Below, in pieces: positions 25,788-29,855 of a stretch of 29,855 bases of DNA (positions are counted from its first letter, which is position 1; every line of letters starts with the position of its first letter). The position numbers and the translations under genes were made by a program. The DNA is from a virus (Duplodnaviria > Caudoviricetes): the IMG/VR virus record IMGVR_UViG_3300016467_000162, positions 1 to 29,855 of that record. The stretch is one strand, 5' to 3'. A model generated the notes under the pieces. It made no database searches, had not been told where the DNA came from, and saw only the letters and a list, made by a program, of their open reading frames with translations.

Positions 25788-28312
25788 TACTCGCCCTCCT
25801 GTTGTATACTACTTGTTTGACTACCTGGTTGTCCTTGACCTGCTCCTGTATCTTCTTTAGTAGTTGACCAAGAACGGAATCCAGTTTCTAATTTATCAGT
25901 TTGGCTTTGGTGTGTAGTAATGTTAGTTTTGTTTGATACATAGTCAAAAGATGCCTCGTGCATAAAGTGTTGACCTTGCGCTAAAGCTATATTAAAGACT
26001 TGACCAAAATTGATATTCTTACCATAAACATTCCCTGTAAATTTCTGCCAGGTAGCTTGATAAAAAGATAATATTGAACGAGTAATACACTCTTGCATTG
26101 GTCTACCTAATATAAGTTCTGAAGCACTTTCCCAAGGTCTTAACCATCTATTAGAATTTTGGATTGTATTAAGTTCGTCTCCTATATCATAACCAATAAA
26201 GTCTTCTATAATTTGGGATTCCGATTTATTAGCTATACCACCGTGATATTGACCTTTATCTATTTTATAAGTATTCGAAAATGGCTTAACTAAAGTAGAA
26301 TCATTAGGAATATTAGTAGCATTATAAATAAATCCTTTTGTGTTTTTATATCCTTGTGGAATAATACTTACCTTAATATCGTCAAAATATGTTTGATGAA
26401 CATTAATTGTATCAAAACTTCTTTGTGGTCTTAAAATTAAAGTACCATACTCATATAAAGTAGTGCCATCAGTTAAGCTATTTTGGTCAAAAGTAGATAA
26501 GCATTTATACTTCATCCATCTATTTTTATCGCTCATAAAGATAGGCATTCTAAATACTGCATTCCATAAAGGAGAAGTTACAACACTATAATAAGTACCA
26601 GTTGAATCTAAATATCTTGTAGGGAAACTACTTGGTGTGCCATCTTTAGATTTAGCAAATGCTATATTAATACCATCTCCGTCAGTATGTGAATCATCAA
26701 AATAAACCGTACATTCTACTTTAATAGCAAAGAAATTATAAAATCCAAAAGGAGAAATATTATTTGTAAGTCTAAAAGTATTAGATAAATAAATATCAGT
26801 ATTTAAACCACCTGTAATATCTTCATTTTCTATTACTGATAAAATTCTATTATCAAATGGTCTATCTTCTCCAGTTGCATTAGCAAAATCAAAAGGACTT
26901 TCAAGTTGCCAATTAGTAGGAACTGTGGTTGTTGTTGCGTAATCCTTAAAGAATCCGTAGTTATTTATTAGATTTCTTTCGTAGTAAGGATAGTTAAATT
27001 GAACATTTGTCAATCTTTTATTTAAAGTTACTACTTGGTTAACATCAGACCATTTAACATTCCCAGCGTTACCAATAGATGAATAAAAATCAAAAGTATA
27101 TTCACTTATATAAGTTCCGTTAATATCATATTTTAAACCATTTTGAAACTTTTGTTTGATAGATACATTATCTAAAAACATATAACCTATTTCATCTGGA
27201 TTATTATTTAAAAAAGCTATTTCTAAATCTCCACCTGGTGCATCAAATTCAAACTCATAATAAGTCCAGTCATTTGTAGTAGTTACACTAAATACATCTC
27301 CATCAATATAAACCCTTGCAACTGCTTTAGGAGTGTTTCCGTCATTCTTTGCCCAAAAAGAAACCACATATAATGCTTCTAAAAAAGGTATAGATTGATA
27401 AACTGATGAAACATTATCCCCAAATATTTTAGGGCATTGGCTTCCATTTATTCCTCCTGTTGCACTATTAATAATACTACCATTAGTTGACCAATATTCA
27501 TAAAGTGGAGAACCATCAATACTAAAAGTACCATCAATAACTAAATCATTTACCGCTAAATCATTAATAGCAACTACATACCAAGTCGCATCTTTATTAG
27601 ATTGATAAACAACACAACCTAAAGATTCCATTAATGTACATAAAAGAAAATAACAATCCTTTGGCTCAAATGTAGACCAATCAACTGATGAATATTCTGA
27701 TAACTTTAAGTTTGCAAGATTAACAAGTGTACTATCTATTTTAAATTGACTATAAAAAGCCACATCTAATTCACTTCCAGTCTTTTTTAATAACCTACAA
27801 ACAAAGTCATTAACATCTATGCAAGTATCAACACTTGTGTCATTGTATAAAGCGTAATAATCTTCTCTTGTGTATTTAATGTCTTTTAATACCGCAAGGT
27901 TATCCGTAGCAGTAAGCTGAAGAAAATATTGTTCTTGCCACTCGTATTGAATAACATCAGGCAAAAGAAAACCTACCCATTTTAAAGTTTCAGTTACTCC
28001 ATTAGTTTCATAAAGACTTATTTTAAAAGAATATTCATCGTTATCAAAAAAGAAATCAGAAGGCTGAACGGTAGAATTGTAAGGGATAAAACATTTAATA
28101 TCTGCATAAGATGCCCTAATAGGAGCAAAGATATTATCTTTATTGGCTTTATAATTTAAAACAAATGCGCTATCCTGTGCTGGTATTAATTCAATTACAT
28201 CGTAAACAACGGTAGTTGCCTCGTATTTTTCAAACTTAACCTTATAAAAAAAGTCAGTATTTACTTGGTCTAAACCTTTGAATTGTAAATTATAAATATG
28301 ATTGTAAGCCAT
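25787..28312 (-). CDS. Large tail tip/baseplate protein with an inserted carbohydrate-binding-like module
   Basis: Directly follows tape measure; internal LVIDGTFS...YVVSFWAK...WTYYEFEF...FLDNVSIK resembles CBM4/9. Confidence 0.7.
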   Translation of the reverse strand: MAYNHIYNLQFKGLDQVNTDFFYKVKFEKYEATTVVYDVIELIPAQDSAFVLNYKANKDNIFAPIRASYADIKCFIPYNSTVQPSDFFFDNDEYSFKISLYETNGVTETLKWVGFLLPDVIQYEWQEQYFLQLTATDNLAVLKDIKYTREDYYALYNDTSVDTCIDVNDFVCRLLKKTGSELDVAFYSQFKIDSTLVNLANLKLSEYSSVDWSTFEPKDCYFLLCTLMESLGCVVYQSNKDATWYVVAINDLAVNDLVIDGTFSIDGSPLYEYWSTNGSIINSATGGINGSQCPKIFGDNVSSVYQSIPFLEALYVVSFWAKNDGNTPKAVARVYIDGDVFSVTTTNDWTYYEFEFDAPGGDLEIAFLNNNPDEIGYMFLDNVSIKQKFQNGLKYDINGTYISEYTFDFYSSIGNAGNVKWSDVNQVVTLNKRLTNVQFNYPYYERNLINNYGFFKDYATTTTVPTNWQLESPFDFANATGEDRPFDNRILSVIENEDITGGLNTDIYLSNTFRLTNNISPFGFYNFFAIKVECTVYFDDSHTDGDGINIAFAKSKDGTPSSFPTRYLDSTGTYYSVVTSPLWNAVFRMPIFMSDKNRWMKYKCLSTFDQNSLTDGTTLYEYGTLILRPQRSFDTINVHQTYFDDIKVSIIPQGYKNTKGFIYNATNIPNDSTLVKPFSNTYKIDKGQYHGGIANKSESQIIEDFIGYDIGDELNTIQNSNRWLRPWESASELILGRPMQECITRSILSFYQATWQKFTGNVYGKNINFGQVFNIALAQGQHFMHEASFDYVSNKTNITTHQSQTDKLETGFRSWSTTKEDTGAGQGQPGSQTSSIQQEGE

Positions 28313-29820
28313 TATACCACCCTCGAGTTTTTAATTGCATTGTTATCTAAAAGCATTCTCATTTTATCGCCCATAATATCAATTTGGTAAGTCCCTTGAC
28401 CTACTGTGTTTGTAGGAGTTGCTACCATTGAGCCTGTTGCACTTCCTTGACTAAAATCAAGTCCTGATAATTGTTTAAATATAGGCATAAATCCAGAAAT
28501 TGAAGAAGCAACACCAAAGCCACCTAAAAAGAAACTTAATAAAGCAGCAACCGCAGCAGCAATAATTAGTTTTCTAATCAATTGTAATAATGCTTGACCT
28601 AAAGCCTGAAAAAAGTTTTGACCACTATCTAAAGCAGCGTTAAAAGAATTTGTTAAAGCATCTCCTAATAAACCTACAATAGTTTGCATATTTGCAATAT
28701 AAGCCTCCATTGCTGGGTCAGTGTATAATCCGTTATATGATTCTTTAAGACTTCCGACATTTGCAGTTAACTTTTCTACTTCAGCATTCCAAGCAGCTAA
28801 ATTTTGAGCAGCAAGTCCAGCTTTAGCACTTGTTAAGTCATCCATTGTAATCATTGCTGAGCCTTCTGTTGCTTTTGTTCTTTTAGTTACAGTTGCTTTA
28901 GGCGCAGCAGGTGTACCAAATGATTTTAATACATCTACATTAGTCTTTTTAGATTCTTTATTTAAGTTATTTAATGAATCATATATTGTATCATAAGATT
29001 TTGCAAGAGCAATATTTCCTGTAACGGCTAACCCAAATCTTGTAAAAAACTCGCCCCAAGATTTACTCTCAAGTATTTCTAAAGAACTATTAGCACCATC
29101 TATAATAGCTTTAAAGAATTCTCCTATTTTACCATTATTAACTGCGTTAGTAAATGTATTGCTTAATCTATTAACACTTGCTTGTAATGAATCTACTTGA
29201 CCTACTATTTTATCTCCGTAAGTTTTATTTAATTCTAAAGCTAATTTAGGTAACAAGTCTCCAGCCATAATTTCGCCATTCTCAAGCATTTTACCTAATT
29301 CAGCAGTAGTTACACCCATTGCTTTAGCAGCTAAGTTAAATGCACCTGGTAAACGCTCTCCTAATTGACCTCTTAATTCTTCAGCTTGTACTGTTCCCTT
29401 TGAAATCATTTGACCTAAAGCCATTAAAGCACCTTTTAAGTCATCGTTAGATAATTTAAGTGTTGCTGCTGCTTTAGCTACTGATTCAAATATATAATTG
29501 GTTTGTTCTAAAGGCACATTAGCAGAAACTGCTGCACCTGCGAAAGTTTTATAAGCCTCACTAACTGCAAGTAAATTTAAACCATATTGGTCTGCAAATT
29601 GTGATAATTGTTGGAATTGTGCGTTTGCTGCTTCAGTAGAACCTAAAATAGCACTTAAAGCTGAATTAATAGCATCTAATTTTAATGCCCTATCAAAAGA
29701 AGCGCCTACTGCTTGAATTGCAGCATTTAAACTAACATAGCCTAATACAAGGTTTTTAATTCCATCAGTTGCATTAGTAAAAGAGTTTTGGATATTATCG
29801 CTTGTCTGCTTGTTTGCAGA
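28312..29820 (-). CDS. Tape measure protein, main part (about 534 aa including 1..96)
   Basis: ALGQMISKGTVQAEELRGQLGERLPGA tape-measure motif; frame is open up to the junction. Confidence 0.9.
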   Translation of the reverse strand, partial: SANKQTSDNIQNSFTNATDGIKNLVLGYVSLNAAIQAVGASFDRALKLDAINSALSAILGSTEAANAQFQQLSQFADQYGLNLLAVSEAYKTFAGAAVSANVPLEQTNYIFESVAKAAATLKLSNDDLKGALMALGQMISKGTVQAEELRGQLGERLPGAFNLAAKAMGVTTAELGKMLENGEIMAGDLLPKLALELNKTYGDKIVGQVDSLQASVNRLSNTFTNAVNNGKIGEFFKAIIDGANSSLEILESKSWGEFFTRFGLAVTGNIALAKSYDTIYDSLNNLNKESKKTNVDVLKSFGTPAAPKATVTKRTKATEGSAMITMDDLTSAKAGLAAQNLAAWNAEVEKLTANVGSLKESYNGLYTDPAMEAYIANMQTIVGLLGDALTNSFNAALDSGQNFFQALGQALLQLIRKLIIAAAVAALLSFFLGGFGVASSISGFMPIFKQLSGLDFSQGSATGSMVATPTNTVGQGTYQIDIMGDKMRMLLDNNAIKNSRVV

Positions 29821-29855
29821 AGCAAATGATTTTAAATCAGATTGAGCAGTATTTA
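29821..29855. repeat. 35-bp terminal overlap, identical to 1-35
   Basis: Exact match to the first 35 bases. Confidence 0.95.

Noticed and set aside
28312-29517. 401-aa tape measure starting at 29517
   Set aside because: Artefact of linearisation; the frame is open to the window end and starts at ATG 96
29821-29855. 35-bp repeat as a biological terminal repeat or att site
   Set aside because: It falls inside the tape-measure frame and is most simply a circular-assembly overlap
1-29855. CRISPR array, tRNA genes, introns/inteins, stop-codon recoding
   Set aside because: No repeat-spacer array or cloverleaf seen; core genes are of normal length and intact in the standard code

Overview
Apparently the complete, circularly assembled genome (~29,820 bp; bases 1-35 are repeated exactly at 29821-29855) of a small HK97-fold siphovirus. 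Repeated TAnnTTTG promoters and A-rich, Shine-Dalgarno-free start regions point to a Bacteroidota host. Every credible gene is on the minus strand. In transcription order the genome carries: small early genes; an ERF/exonuclease/SSB-like recombination module; a three-gene PAPS-reductase/ParB (IbrA/IbrB-like) cassette; replication initiator and SF4 helicase; NinG; a ParB-methyltransferase fusion; a PD-(D/E)XK nuclease; terminases, portal, protease and capsid; a long fibre gene placed inside the head-neck module; neck genes; two paralogous tail-tube genes; frameshifting tail chaperones; tape measure (spanning the origin); one large tail protein; and lysis genes. I recognised no integrase, repressor, polymerase, tRNA or CRISPR array. 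The most interesting signals are non-coding. One is a promoter-bounded, terminator-ended ~53-nt RNA (8555-8607) whose 5' end is antisense to the phage's own AAACUAUG start-codon regions. Another is a kissing-loop attenuator-like leader (17006-17101) before the replication genes. There are also four promoters placed exactly 4 nt before an ATG, implying leaderless mRNAs. All calls come from motif recognition by eye; no searches or folding programs were run.
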